From Desulfomicrobium sp. (GTDB taxonomy: Bacteria; Desulfobacterota; Desulfovibrionia; Desulfovibrionales; Desulfomicrobiaceae), in NCBI GenBank assembly GCA_040768745.1, contig JAXGMI010000002.1, forward strand, positions 704,001 to 768,000: a DNA stretch of 64,000 nucleotides, read 5' to 3'. The first letter of the stretch is position 1. Each line of letters opens with the position of its first letter. Positions 46,348 to 56,743 of the stretch are shown here, piece after piece. The notes below the pieces were generated by a model that ran no database searches, was not told where the DNA came from, and saw nothing but the letters and a program-made list of their open reading frames with translations. The position numbers and the translations under genes are program-made.

Positions 46348-47350
46348 AATCCCCCTTCTCCTTGCCGTCATCGTCCTGGTGGCCCTGGTCTTTGACTTCA
46401 CGAATGGGGCCCATGACTGCGCCAACGCCATCGCCACAGTGGTGTCCACCAAGGTCATGTCCCCGCGCACGGCCGTCATGATGGCCGCCGTCCTGAATCT
46501 GGTCGGAGCGCTGCTGGGCGAAGAGGTGGCCCATACACTGGGTTCAGGCATCATCAACACGGACATGGTCATGGGCTGTCAGGCCCTGGTCTTGGCCGCG
46601 CTCATCGGGGCCATCGCCTGGAACCTGATCACCTGGTACTTCGGCATCCCCTCTTCCTCCTCCCATGCCCTCATCGGCGGACTCATCGGCGCAGCCATCA
46701 GCCACGCTGGTCTGTCCTCCCTGCACGCCATCTCCATCGTCAAGAAGGTCCTGCTGCCCCTGGTTCTCTCACCCCTGGCAGGATTTGTTGTCAGCTACAT
46801 GGTCATGGCCATGATCATGTTCCTTTTCTGGCGGACCAACCGGCGCAGCGTTTCCCGGTATTTCGAGAAACTGCAGATTTTGTCCTCGGCCTTCATGGCC
46901 ACCAGCCACGGCCTCAATGACGCCCAGAAAACCATGGGTGTCATCACCCTGGCCCTCTTCCTTTTCCACAAGATCGACACGATCCATGTCCCGCTATGGG
47001 TCAAACTGGCCTGCGCCACGGCCATGGCCATGGGCACAGCCATGGGCGGATGGAAAATAGTCAAGACCATGGGGCACAAGATCTTCAAGCTTGAGCCCGT
47101 GCATGGTTTCGCCGCAGAAACCTCCGCTGCCATGGTCATCACAGGGGCCTCCCTCATCGGAGCCCCCATTTCCACGACCCACACCATCAGCGCCTGCGTT
47201 TTCGGAGTCGGCGCGACCAAACGCCTTTCCGCCGTGCGCTGGGGAATCGCAGGAAACCTGATCGTGGCCTGGATTCTGACCATCCCGGCCTCGGCCAGCA
47301 TAGCGGGGTTCTGTTTTCTGCTCTTCAAGGTGGCCGGCATCGCCGACTGA
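46340..47350 (+). CDS. pit: PiT family inorganic phosphate transporter
   Basis: FDFTNGAHDCANAIATVVST, GIPSSSSHA, HGLNDAQK, PISTTH. Confidence 0.95.
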   Translation: MLEIPLLLAVIVLVALVFDFTNGAHDCANAIATVVSTKVMSPRTAVMMAAVLNLVGALLGEEVAHTLGSGIINTDMVMGCQALVLAALIGAIAWNLITWYFGIPSSSSHALIGGLIGAAISHAGLSSLHAISIVKKVLLPLVLSPLAGFVVSYMVMAMIMFLFWRTNRRSVSRYFEKLQILSSAFMATSHGLNDAQKTMGVITLALFLFHKIDTIHVPLWVKLACATAMAMGTAMGGWKIVKTMGHKIFKLEPVHGFAAETSAAMVITGASLIGAPISTTHTISACVFGVGATKRLSAVRWGIAGNLIVAWILTIPASASIAGFCFLLFKVAGIAD

Positions 47351-47397
47351 AGAATCGGCTTTACAAATCAAGCCGCCGCATCTAAAAAGTCTATACA

Positions 47398-47490
47398 AAT
47401 GCTGGGGGAGCCCGCCAGGGCTGAGAGGGGAGTCGCATTCCCGACCCTTTGAACCTGACGCAGTTCATGCTGCCGGAGGGAAGCTGGTTC
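47398..47490 (+). ncRNA. TPP riboswitch aptamer
   Basis: GGGG.AGCC..GGCTGAGA...ACCC..TGAACCTGA...AGTTCATGCTG.CGGAGGGAAG directly upstream of thiS. Confidence 0.93.
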
Positions 47491-47511
47491 AGATCCAAGA
47501 CCTTCACAACG

Positions 47512-47537
47512 AACCGCGCCCCTGGCGCGGTTTTTTT
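47512..47537 (+). terminator. Riboswitch expression-platform terminator
   Basis: AACCGCGCC-CCT-GGCGCGGTT plus T-run, between aptamer and thiS RBS. Confidence 0.8.
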
Positions 47538-47571
47538 GTGCGCGCGTCAAAAAACGATCCCGGAGGAAACA

Positions 47572-47772
47572 ATGCGTGTCATTGTCAACGGACGAGAAAT
47601 GATGCTTGATGGAGGGCTTAGCCTGCGTGATCTCATCGCTTCGGTGCATGCGGACCCTGCCGTGGTGGTGGCCGAGCTGAACAGGAATATCGTGCCCAGC
47701 TCGGCGTTCTCCGAAACCATGCTGCAGGACGGGGACAGGGTGGAACTCCTGAGCTTTGTCGGCGGGGGATGA
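47572..47772 (+). CDS. thiS: Sulfur carrier protein ThiS
   Basis: 66 aa, VNG...L.DGDRVELLSFVGGG C-terminus. Confidence 0.95.
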   Translation: MRVIVNGREMMLDGGLSLRDLIASVHADPAVVVAELNRNIVPSSAFSETMLQDGDRVELLSFVGGG

Positions 47773-47832
47773 ACCGATACCCGTAATTCTCCCCTGACCA
47801 CCACTTTTTGACCGCAAGTCGCAAGGATTGAT

Positions 47833-48624
47833 ATGGAACAGACCGATACATTCGAACTCGGCGGGCGGGCCCTGACCAGCCGCCTTTTCACCGGAACCGG
47901 CAAATACGGCGACGATGGCCTCATCCCGGCCGTATGCGAAGCCTCAGGCTCCCAGGTCATCACCGTTGCCCTCCGTCGGGTTGATCTCGACAAAGGAGCG
48001 GACAACGTCATGCGCCATATCCCCGGTCACATGACCCTCCTGCCCAACACCTCCGGCGCGCGCACCGCGGACGAGGCCGTGCGCATCGCGCGCCTTGCCA
48101 GGGCCATTGGTTGCGGCAACTGGATCAAGATCGAGGTCATCTCGGACAACCGCTATCTTCTGCCCGACGGATACGAAACAGTCAGGGCCACGGAAATTCT
48201 GGCCCGGGAGGGCTTTGTTGTCCTGCCGTACATGAACCCGGACCTCTATGTGGCCCGCTCCCTGGCAAACGCCGGAGCCGCGGCCATCATGCCCCTGGGC
48301 GCCCCCATCGGGACCAACCGGGGGCTGAGAACCGAAGAGATGATCCGCATCCTGATCGAGGAAATGTCCCTGCCCATCATCGTCGACGCCGGCATCGGCA
48401 CCCCGAGTCAGGCCTGCCAAGCCATGGAAATGGGCGCACATGCCTGCCTGGTCAACACCGCCATCGCCACCGCAGCCGATCCCATAGGCATGGCCCGTGC
48501 TTTTGGCCAGGCGGTTCAGGCCGGGCGCAGGGCCTACCTCGCCGGGTTGGGTTCGGTAGCCGCCCTGGCCCGGGCCTCCTCGCCCTTGACTGGATTTCTG
48601 GATCAGGAGGAGGGCGGCATATGA
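47833..48624 (+). CDS. thiG: Thiazole synthase
   Basis: [36 protein letters not shown]. Confidence 0.97.
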   Translation: MEQTDTFELGGRALTSRLFTGTGKYGDDGLIPAVCEASGSQVITVALRRVDLDKGADNVMRHIPGHMTLLPNTSGARTADEAVRIARLARAIGCGNWIKIEVISDNRYLLPDGYETVRATEILAREGFVVLPYMNPDLYVARSLANAGAAAIMPLGAPIGTNRGLRTEEMIRILIEEMSLPIIVDAGIGTPSQACQAMEMGAHACLVNTAIATAADPIGMARAFGQAVQAGRRAYLAGLGSVAALARASSPLTGFLDQEEGGI

Positions 48625-49733
48625 CCTTCCTGCCTGAAGCCCTGCATCTGGCCACATACCCCCTGGAGGGCAGTTTCCAGAAGGTGGACGGAAACGAGGT
48701 TCTTCGCGCCATCGGCCGGGATTCCCTCACCGCCGAGGGATTCCTGGCCCTGCTCTCCCCGGCAGCCTCACCCCATCTCGAAGCCATGGCCTCCCGTGCG
48801 CGGGATCTGACCATGCGCCATTTCGGCCGGACAGTGAGCCTTTTCACCCCTCTCTACCTTTCCAATCACTGCGCCAACCATTGCCGCTACTGCGGTTTCG
48901 CGGCCAGGAACACCATCCCGCGCACCCAGCTGAACCTGGAAGAAGTCCGAGCCGAGGGTGAAGCAATAGCGGCCACCGGACTGAAGCAGATTCTCCTCCT
49001 GACCGGCGAAGCCCCGCACAAGGCCGGGGTGGACTATCTGGAGGCCTGCGTCGCGGTGCTGAGGCCCCTGTTTCCCTCCATCGCCATCGAGGTCTTTCCC
49101 ATGGAAACAGAGGACTATGCCCGGCTGGTCCGAGCCGGGGTGGACGGACTGACGGTCTTCCAGGAAACCTACGATCCCGAGCTCTACGCCCAGCTCCATC
49201 CAGCCGGCCCCAAGAGGGATTTCGTCTTCCGTTTGAACACGCCCCAGCGCGGTGCCGAGGCGGGCATGCGCATCGTCAATATTGGCGCACTGCTCGGCCT
49301 TTCAGACTGGCGGCGTGAGATCTTCGCCACCGGCCTGCACGCAGCCTGGCTGCAACGGCAATATCCAGGCGTGGACATAGCCGTGTCCCTGCCCCGTATG
49401 CGTCCTCATGCCGGGGACTTCGAACCCGCCTGCGTGGTTTCGGATCGCGACCTTGTCCAGGCCATGACCGCGTTGCGTATCTTTCTCCCCAGGCTGTCCG
49501 TCACGATCTCGACCCGCGAAACGCCGCGCTTCCGGGACAACATTCTGCCTCTGGGCGTGACCCGCATGTCCGCCGGGGTCAGCACGGCCGTGGGAGGACA
49601 CGCCAAGCCCGCAGAAACCGGGCAGTTCGAGATCTCCGACGGCCGCAGCGTGGCCGAGGTCTGCCAAGTGCTCCGGGCCAGGGGCTACCAGCCTGTCTTC
49701 AAGGACTGGGAACCCCTGGAGGCGTCGGCGTGA
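48621..49733 (+). CDS. thiH: 2-iminoacetate synthase (radical SAM)
   Basis: [46 protein letters not shown]. Confidence 0.95.
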   Translation: MTFLPEALHLATYPLEGSFQKVDGNEVLRAIGRDSLTAEGFLALLSPAASPHLEAMASRARDLTMRHFGRTVSLFTPLYLSNHCANHCRYCGFAARNTIPRTQLNLEEVRAEGEAIAATGLKQILLLTGEAPHKAGVDYLEACVAVLRPLFPSIAIEVFPMETEDYARLVRAGVDGLTVFQETYDPELYAQLHPAGPKRDFVFRLNTPQRGAEAGMRIVNIGALLGLSDWRREIFATGLHAAWLQRQYPGVDIAVSLPRMRPHAGDFEPACVVSDRDLVQAMTALRIFLPRLSVTISTRETPRFRDNILPLGVTRMSAGVSTAVGGHAKPAETGQFEISDGRSVAEVCQVLRARGYQPVFKDWEPLEASA

Positions 49734-50356
49734 ACGCATTCGAGCAGGGTTTGACCCGTCACCTGGACGCCGGCTGGCTGCTCTATGCCCGGAACATCCG
49801 CATAGGCCTTATCGGCGCCGGCGGGCTGGGCTCCAACTGCGCCATGCACCTGGCCCGATCCGGATTCTCGAACCTGATCCTGGTCGATCCGGACCGGATC
49901 GAGGCCTCCAACCTGAACCGCCAGACGTTCTTCCTGCGGCAACTCGGATTCCCCAAAGTCGAGGCCCTGCGTGACAACATTCTGGCCGTGAATCCGGCCG
50001 CGCAAATCGAAACGCACATCCTGAGCGTGGAAGAGACGAACATCATGGCCCTGTTTGGCTCCTGCCAGGCCGTGATAGAAGCCGTGGACCAGGCCGGGAC
50101 CAAGAGGATGATCGCCGAGAGATTGGCGCCTGCCGGATGCCTTGTGGTCAGCGCCTCAGGCATGGGCGGCTCGGGTCGGACAGGGGCGATGCGTGTGCAC
50201 GCCCTGGGCACGAACCTGGTCGTGGTCGGGGACATGGCAACGCCTTGCGACGAAAACACCCCACCCCTGTCCCCGGGCGTCGGGATGGCCGCAGCCATGC
50301 AGGCCGACATTGTCCTGCAGCATTTCCTCAACCAGCACCAAGCGAGCAGAACATGA
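49730..50356 (+). CDS. thiF: ThiS adenylyltransferase
   Basis: GAGGLGSN, LARSG, D.DRIEASNLNRQ; within the thi operon. Confidence 0.9.
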   Translation: MNAFEQGLTRHLDAGWLLYARNIRIGLIGAGGLGSNCAMHLARSGFSNLILVDPDRIEASNLNRQTFFLRQLGFPKVEALRDNILAVNPAAQIETHILSVEETNIMALFGSCQAVIEAVDQAGTKRMIAERLAPAGCLVVSASGMGGSGRTGAMRVHALGTNLVVVGDMATPCDENTPPLSPGVGMAAAMQADIVLQHFLNQHQASRT

Positions 50357-51021
50357 ACGGACGCATCCTGGTTTCCGGTCTCATCCGTGAAGGTGGCCTC
50401 TACGGGCTGACCGCCGAAAAATTCTCCCTCGGCCGCTCCAACCCCGACGTGGTCCGGGCCATGCTCGATGCCGGAATACGCATCGTCCAGTACCGCGAAA
50501 AGACGAAGAAAATGGGCGCCAAGTACGAGGAATGCAAGGTTCTGCGGGCCATGACGCGAGAACATGGCGCGGCCTTCATCATCAACGACGACATCGACTT
50601 GGCCCTGCTGGTCAACGCCGACGGCGTGCACGTGGGACAGGAGGACTTGCCTGTGCAGGCAGTCCGCCGCCTGGTCGGGGAGGGCATGGCCATCGGCCTG
50701 TCCACCCATGCCCCGCATGAGGCCGTTGCCGCGGCAACGGCCGGGGCCGACTATATCGGCGTAGGGCCCATTTTTGCCACCCAGACTAAGGAAGACGTCT
50801 GTGCTCCGGTAGGGCTCGCATACCTGGATTTCGTGGTCCGGGAAATCGATCTGCCTTTCGTGGCCATCGGCGGAATCAAGGAGGTCAACCTGCCTGACGT
50901 CGTGGCCCATGGCGCACGCTGCGCGGCCCTGGTCACGGAGATTGTCGGGGCCGGGGACATGCAAACAAAAATCGCCCGCCTGCAGTCGTTGATGAATGCT
51001 CGCCTGCGCACCGTTTCCTGA
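50353..51021 (+). CDS. thiE: Thiamine phosphate synthase
   Basis: VQYREK, IINDD, GVHVGQED, GLSTH, GPIFATQTK, VAIGGI. Confidence 0.95.
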   Translation: MNGRILVSGLIREGGLYGLTAEKFSLGRSNPDVVRAMLDAGIRIVQYREKTKKMGAKYEECKVLRAMTREHGAAFIINDDIDLALLVNADGVHVGQEDLPVQAVRRLVGEGMAIGLSTHAPHEAVAAATAGADYIGVGPIFATQTKEDVCAPVGLAYLDFVVREIDLPFVAIGGIKEVNLPDVVAHGARCAALVTEIVGAGDMQTKIARLQSLMNARLRTVS

Positions 51022-51031
51022 GCGGGTGTGC

Positions 51032-52135
51032 CTACATGGCCCCGCGCCCGAGGTTCACGCCCGTGGCCTCGGCCGCGCGGATGAGCTGATGGTTCACGGG
51101 AACCGTGCGGCACAGCCCGGCCAGGTCTGCCAGAGGCACCAGCACGATGTCCGGGGTCTTGAGCGCCACCATGGTCCCGAACTCGCCGCGCGCAGCCGCA
51201 TCAACAGCCGCAGCGCCCAGACGCGTACCAAGCACCCGGTCAAAGGCTGTTGGCGAGCCCCCGCGCTGGATGTGCCCCAGCACCGTGGTGCGCACTTCGA
51301 GCGGGATGCGCTCCCTGATCTGCTGGGCCAGATAAAAACCGATCCCTCCCAGCTGCTCCACCCCCTGCAGCCGATTCGCGGCCGAACCCTGGGTGATGCG
51401 CTCGCCTCCCTCCTCCCTGGCGCCCTCGGCGACCATCACTATGCTGAAAGGGCTGCCTCCCCGGATGCGGTGCTGGATCTTGGTCACCACGTTCTCGAGA
51501 TGGTAGGGGATCTCGGGGATGAGGATGATGTGCGCGCCGCCGGCCAGTCCCGCTTCCAGGGCGATCCATCCGGCATTGCGGCCCATGACTTCCAGGATCA
51601 TGACCCGGTCGTGGCTGCGGCCTGTGGTGTGCAGGCGGTCCATGGCGTCACAGGCCACCTGCACCGCTGTCTGGTATCCGAAGGTATAGTCCGTGCCGTG
51701 CAGGTCGTTGTCAATGGTCTTGGGGATGCCGACCACGGGCATGCCCATCTGCGCGAACTTGTGGGCCAGTTCCAGGGTTCCCTCACCGCCGACCACGAAC
51801 AGGCAATCAAGGTTCAGGGAACGATAGGTGCTCATGGCCTGTGCAGACAAATCCCGTACCACCATCGCGCCCTTCCCGTCGAATTCCCTGTAGGCAAAGG
51901 GGTTGCCCTTGTTGGTGGTGCCGAGAATCGTCCCGCCCAGGGTCAGAATGTCCCTGGTGTTGGCGGTGGTCAGTTGCATGGTCCGTCCGAAGATGAGGCC
52001 GTCGAACCCGTTTTCCAGCCCGATGACCTCGGCCTTGTATTGGATGATGGCCGTGCGGGTCACGGCCCGGATCACGGCGTTGAGGCCGGAACAGTCGCCC
52101 CCGCCGGTCAGAATGCCCACGCGCTGCAAACCCAT
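51032..52135 (-). CDS. pfkA: 6-phosphofructokinase (PfkA family, mixed-substrate clade)
   Basis: TGGGDCSGLN, GGTILGT, GGEGT, PKTIDND, EVMGR, LGHIQRGG. Confidence 0.93.
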   Translation of the reverse strand: MGLQRVGILTGGGDCSGLNAVIRAVTRTAIIQYKAEVIGLENGFDGLIFGRTMQLTTANTRDILTLGGTILGTTNKGNPFAYREFDGKGAMVVRDLSAQAMSTYRSLNLDCLFVVGGEGTLELAHKFAQMGMPVVGIPKTIDNDLHGTDYTFGYQTAVQVACDAMDRLHTTGRSHDRVMILEVMGRNAGWIALEAGLAGGAHIILIPEIPYHLENVVTKIQHRIRGGSPFSIVMVAEGAREEGGERITQGSAANRLQGVEQLGGIGFYLAQQIRERIPLEVRTTVLGHIQRGGSPTAFDRVLGTRLGAAAVDAAARGEFGTMVALKTPDIVLVPLADLAGLCRTVPVNHQLIRAAEATGVNLGRGAM

Positions 52136-52164
52136 GTCTACTCCTTTCCAATGCGCATTTACGA

Positions 52165-52187
52165 AGCAAAGCCCTAACCAGTTGATA
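52165..52187 (-). promoter_or_regulatory. Candidate sigma-54 promoter and IHF site upstream of pfkA
   Basis: Minus strand TGG-TTAGGGCTTT-GCT (GG-N10-GC); TATCAA-CTGG-TTA matches WATCAA-N4-TTR. Confidence 0.4.
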
Positions 52188-52294
52188 TTTCAGGATGCGT
52201 ATGGAATTTGCTTTTTTTAAAAATCTTTAGTCTTTTTTGATCCGATGAAGAAAAGCGACGGTCTCGTCCAGTTCAGAACCAATCGGTTACCTGC

Positions 52295-53986
52295 CTAGCC
52301 CCCGCCTTCCACCGGCTTGAACCTGGCTCCGACCAGCGTGGCCAGAACCACCAGGGCCGTGGAGATGAAGATCATCATGATGCCCAGGGCCGACAGACGG
52401 CCCCACAGGCCGTCCTCGGCGAAGCGCAGGATCTGTACGGCCAGGACCTCCGTGCCCGGCCTGGACAGGACCACCGACAGGGTCAGCTCGCGCACGAACA
52501 TGGTGGCCATGAGAATCCAACCCGAAACCATGCCTGGCACGAGCAGGGGGATGATGATGCGGCGCATGGTCGTCATGCGGCTGGCGCCGCAGACCAGCGA
52601 CGACTCCTCCAGGTGGCTGTGGACCTGGATGAAGGCGCTGGCCATGGGCCGGATGCCGTAGGGCAGGTAGGTGGCGATGTAGCCGATGAGCAGGGCCCAG
52701 ATGGTCGCGTAGAGCGGCGTGCGCACGAAGAACCACATGAAGCCCACGCCGATGACGATGCCCGGGAAGGAGAAGGACAGGAAGCTCAGGGATTCCAGGA
52801 AGCCCGCGGCCCTGGTCCGGACCTTGACGATGGTGTAGGCCACGAAGACCGAGAGGGCCACGCCCAGGGTCGCCCCGCCCACGCCGAGGTAGAGGCTGTT
52901 CTTCAGGGACAGCAGGGAGATGGGGTCCCGCAGGACCTCAATCCAGTGCTTCCAGCTCATGAGCGAGAAGGCTCGGGCGCTGGGCACCATGGAGTACGGC
53001 ACCAGGGACGTGTAGAAAAGCACCGCCACGGGCAGGACGATGAGCACGAACGAAAGCAGCGCCACCGCGGCGAAGAGCGGGTACCTGGCCGCCTTGAGGG
53101 GGATGACCGTGGGCCGGTATCCGCGGCTGGAGATGGTCACGTACTTCTCGCTCTCGGAAGTCAGGGCGCGGTAGACGAAGATCAGCGTGATGGACGCGGC
53201 CAGGACGCTCATGCCCACCGCCGCGGCCTTGCCGTAGTCCGTGGAGAAGCCTGTGGCGATCATCTGGTAGAGGTGCGTGGCCAGGACGTACACCCGGCCG
53301 GGCATGCCGATGACCGACGGCACGGCAAAGGACGCCAGACTCCTGACCACACCGAGGATGAAGGCGGCCAGGATGGCCGGCCGCAAGACCGGCAGGGTCA
53401 CCTGCAGCAGGGTCCGCCAGGCCCCGGCCCCGCAGACCTTGGACGACTCCTCCAGGGCCACGTCGAAGGAGGCCATGGCCGGCGCGATGATCAGGTAGGC
53501 GATGGGCAGGTCCAGGAGACCCTCCACCAGGATCATGCCCCACAGGGAATACACGTTCAGGGGGGAACTCTCCAGGAAGAAGGCCTGCTTCAGGGCCAGG
53601 TTGATCAGCCCGTTGGACGGGTTCAGGAGCAGCGCCCAGCTCACGGAGAACAGGACGTGCGGGATCATCATGGGGATGATGGAGATGACCTTGAACAGGA
53701 ATTTGCAGGGGATGTCCGTGCGGTTGTTCAGATAGGCCAGGAACAGGGCCAGGCCTGTGGCCAGGGTCGAGGAACCGAGGACGAAGACCCCGGTGTTGAG
53801 GATGATCTGGGCCAGGGCCGGGTCCGTGTAGGCGTCGACGTACTTCTGGAGGGTGAAGGTCCCGAAGGCCGTCAGGCCCTCGGAGAAGCTGCCGAGCACG
53901 AGCATGACCACCGGGCAGACGGTCAGGGCGCCGACGATGAGGATCAGGGAAAACGTCAGTTTGGATCGGCTGGAGTCCATGCCCAC
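52295..53986 (-). CDS. ABC transporter permease, FbpB/AfuB type (two MetI-like domains)
   Basis: Two EAA loops (LEESSKVCGA, LEESSLVCGA); about 12 TMs. Confidence 0.92.
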   Translation of the reverse strand: MGMDSSRSKLTFSLILIVGALTVCPVVMLVLGSFSEGLTAFGTFTLQKYVDAYTDPALAQIILNTGVFVLGSSTLATGLALFLAYLNNRTDIPCKFLFKVISIIPMMIPHVLFSVSWALLLNPSNGLINLALKQAFFLESSPLNVYSLWGMILVEGLLDLPIAYLIIAPAMASFDVALEESSKVCGAGAWRTLLQVTLPVLRPAILAAFILGVVRSLASFAVPSVIGMPGRVYVLATHLYQMIATGFSTDYGKAAAVGMSVLAASITLIFVYRALTSESEKYVTISSRGYRPTVIPLKAARYPLFAAVALLSFVLIVLPVAVLFYTSLVPYSMVPSARAFSLMSWKHWIEVLRDPISLLSLKNSLYLGVGGATLGVALSVFVAYTIVKVRTRAAGFLESLSFLSFSFPGIVIGVGFMWFFVRTPLYATIWALLIGYIATYLPYGIRPMASAFIQVHSHLEESSLVCGASRMTTMRRIIIPLLVPGMVSGWILMATMFVRELTLSVVLSRPGTEVLAVQILRFAEDGLWGRLSALGIMMIFISTALVVLATLVGARFKPVEGGG

Positions 53987-53989
53987 CCC

Positions 53990-55075
53990 CTAGGCCCCGA
54001 CCAGCAGGCAATGGGCCGGGTCCAGGGTGAAGTGCAGGGCCTCGCCCTCCCTGATGCGGGTGTCCGCGTCCACCTTGGCCAGCAGGTGCTCTCCGCCGGC
54101 CGTGATCTCCATCTCAAAGGCTTCGCCGACAAAGACCAGGGAGTCGACCTTGCCCCGGACCGTGTTGGACCCATCATCCCCTTCGCCCGGGACCACGTGG
54201 ATGAACTCGGGGCGGATGCACAGGGTCACCTCGCCGCCCACAGGAAAGTTCCGCCTCTGGCAGGCGATGACGCCCAGGGGGCTCTGCACCACGGTCGCAT
54301 CTTCCCGCTGACCCACGACCCTGGCCGGGATCAGGTTGGCCCGACCGATGAAGTCGGCCACGAAGCGGTGGTCCGCGTCGAAGTAGATCTTCTGCGGCGA
54401 GCCCACCTCGATGATCCGTCCCGCACGCATGACGGCGATGGAATCGGACAGAGCCAGGGCCTCGACCCGGTCATGGGTCACGTACACGGCCGTGATGGCC
54501 AGTTCCGTCAGGAAGGTGCGCAGCTCCTTGCGTGTCTCCTCCCGCAACTTGGCGTCCAAATTGCTCAGGGGTTCGTCGAAGAGGATGACCTTGGGCTCGG
54601 CCACCAGGGCCCGGGCCAGGGCCACGCGCTGCTGCTGACCGCCCGAGAGCTTAGTGGCCGGGCGTTTTTCGAACCCCTCCAGCTGCACGAACCTGAGGGT
54701 CTTTTCGACCTTTTGGCGGATGACGTCCCTGGGGGTGTTGCGGGTCTGCAGAGGGTAGGCCACGTTATCGAACACGTTCATGTGCGGCCAGATGGCGTAG
54801 GTCTGGAAGACCATACCCAGCCCACGCTGTTCCGTGGGCACGAAGACGCCCTTGTCCCTGGACCAGACCACCTCGTCGCCGATGCTGATCTCCCCGGAAT
54901 CCGGGGACTCCAAACCCACGATGCAGCGCAGCAGGGTTGTCTTCCCGCAGCCGCTGGGCCCCAGGAGGGTGAAAATCTGGTTGGCCGGAATGGTCAGGTC
55001 CACGTTGTCCAGGGCTTTGATGGTCTTGCCCTCGGAAAAATAATGCTTGCTTATGCCTTGAATCCGGATTTCCAT
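53990..55075 (-). CDS. ABC transporter ATP-binding protein (FbpC/PotA type, TOBE domain)
   Basis: GPSGCGKTT, LSGGQQQR, DEPLSNLDA, VTHD. Confidence 0.95.
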   Translation of the reverse strand: MEIRIQGISKHYFSEGKTIKALDNVDLTIPANQIFTLLGPSGCGKTTLLRCIVGLESPDSGEISIGDEVVWSRDKGVFVPTEQRGLGMVFQTYAIWPHMNVFDNVAYPLQTRNTPRDVIRQKVEKTLRFVQLEGFEKRPATKLSGGQQQRVALARALVAEPKVILFDEPLSNLDAKLREETRKELRTFLTELAITAVYVTHDRVEALALSDSIAVMRAGRIIEVGSPQKIYFDADHRFVADFIGRANLIPARVVGQREDATVVQSPLGVIACQRRNFPVGGEVTLCIRPEFIHVVPGEGDDGSNTVRGKVDSLVFVGEAFEMEITAGGEHLLAKVDADTRIREGEALHFTLDPAHCLLVGA

Positions 55076-55201
55076 GACGGCTGTCCATGATCGGCTCCGG
55101 ATCGAAAGCGGATTCCGGAGGAAAAGAAGGTTAAGCCTGGAGTACGGCCCCAGGGGCCGGGAGAGGCCGTCCGGACCTGAGCCCGGGCGGCCTGCTGCGG
55201 A

Positions 55202-56200
55202 TCACTTCACGTCGAAGATGGCCTGGAACTCGGCTCCCCACTTCTGGATTTCCTCGTCGGAAAGCTCCCGGATGGGGCGGACCTCGGCCTTGTCCATGCC
55301 GTCGATGGGCGGGAAAACCCCGGGGGCCAGGACATATTCGCCCACATCCTTGGCCAGGATGCCCATGGCCTTTCCGGACAGCCAGTAGTCAACGAAAAGC
55401 CGTGCCGCATTGGGGTGCGGGGCTTTGGACGTTACGGCGATGGCTCGGGGGGTGCCGAAGAGGGGCTCTTGGACCCGGGCCCAATCCAGTGGGGCCGGGG
55501 CCTTGGTGATGATGTACTTGGGCATGGAAATGGCGATGAGCTTCTCACCGCTCTCCACCGGCGCGGGAGTGGGGCCGAAGGAGGCCACGAACATGGGCCT
55601 GTTGGCCGCCAGCCCCTTCAGGAACTGCCTCCACTCCTCCTCGCTCTTGAAGACATTGTCCTTCAGGCCCACGAGCCAGGAGATGGTGGTGGCGTGGTTG
55701 GCCGGGTTGGCCATGACGATCTTGTCCTTCCACTTGGGGTCGGCCAGGTCTGCGTAGCGCTTGGGCACGTCGGCGGCCTTGACCAGTTCCTTGTTGTAGA
55801 TGAGGCCCACGTATTCGATGCCAAAAAGCTGAACGGCATCGTCCTTCCTGGTCCATTCGGGATAGCCGGCAGAGGCGGGGGAACTGTAGGACGCCAGGAC
55901 CCCCTTCTGCTTGAGGATCTCCAGCACCGGGAGAGGGCCCTGGACCACGTCGGCCATGAGCTTGCCCGCCTCGAATTCCGTCATGATCGTGGCCACGAAT
56001 TTCGAGGTGGAGATGCGGGTGTATTCCCCCTTGACTCCCGTGTCCGCGGCGAAGGTATCCATGATCGGCTCGACGGACGTGATGTTCGCATAGAACGTCG
56101 CGGTTTTCTCGGCCTTGGCTTTGGCCAGAAGGTCTTGGTCCGCCGCTTGGGCGGCCAGGGCGGTGCAAAGGACCATGATCACGATCAGCATTCTCTTCAC
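55202..56200 (-). CDS. ABC transporter periplasmic solute-binding protein (FbpA/AfuA-like; substrate unknown)
   Basis: GTG 7 nt after AAGGAGGA; signal peptide; YNKELV...P..Y.DL.DPKWK, APHPNAARLFVDY.LS. Confidence 0.88.
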   Translation of the reverse strand: MKRMLIVIMVLCTALAAQAADQDLLAKAKAEKTATFYANITSVEPIMDTFAADTGVKGEYTRISTSKFVATIMTEFEAGKLMADVVQGPLPVLEILKQKGVLASYSSPASAGYPEWTRKDDAVQLFGIEYVGLIYNKELVKAADVPKRYADLADPKWKDKIVMANPANHATTISWLVGLKDNVFKSEEEWRQFLKGLAANRPMFVASFGPTPAPVESGEKLIAISMPKYIITKAPAPLDWARVQEPLFGTPRAIAVTSKAPHPNAARLFVDYWLSGKAMGILAKDVGEYVLAPGVFPPIDGMDKAEVRPIRELSDEEIQKWGAEFQAIFDVK

Positions 56201-56275
56201 TGACACATCCTCCTTCGGGCCCGACGGGTCCTGCAGTTGTGGGATCACGACAAAACAATCCCGATTATGTGAAAA

Positions 56276-56304
56276 AATCTATCCAACGGGCGAGGTATTG
56301 TCAA
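56276..56304 (-). promoter_or_regulatory. Sigma-70 promoter of the ABC operon
   Basis: TTGACA-17nt-TAGATT. Confidence 0.65.
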
Positions 56305-56743
56305 CGAAGCAAATCCCACGGAAACAAAATTACGGTATGGTTTCGGCATATTGCAGACAATTTCCGGGGCATTGCTTGTCGTCCTGAGCCTGGCGGAACT
56401 CCATGATTCCTGGCAGGATTGAAAACCCCACGTCAAAATCTGCTGCGATGATCCGGCTTCTCAGATGAAACCCAGATTTCCTTTCCACGCTGGATCGGAT
56501 CTGAAAACAATTTGTCATCCGAGAATCCTCAAAAGCAAACCTGACCTCGGTCCTTTTGATGGGTGACCCATATCCCTGCATTTTCCTTCTTGACCCTGTG
56601 CGTCGCGCCGCGTCATGCTTCAATCTTCAAATTTTTATGCAGAAACCCGGCCTCGGTGCACATTCCGAACCTGACCCAAGGGTTTTTGCCCCGACAATGC
56701 CTGACAACTGTGGTTCAACGGCCTCACGGAGTTTGCACAGACC

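Noticed and set aside
56262..56290. ATGTGAAAAAATCT as a Rex or ModE site
   Set aside because: Only a half-site match; spacing does not fit
56306..56350. AGCAAATCCCACGGAAACAAAATTACGG resembling a c-di-GMP-I riboswitch
   Set aside because: The 3' strand of P2 and the GACGCAAA / CTAA elements are missing
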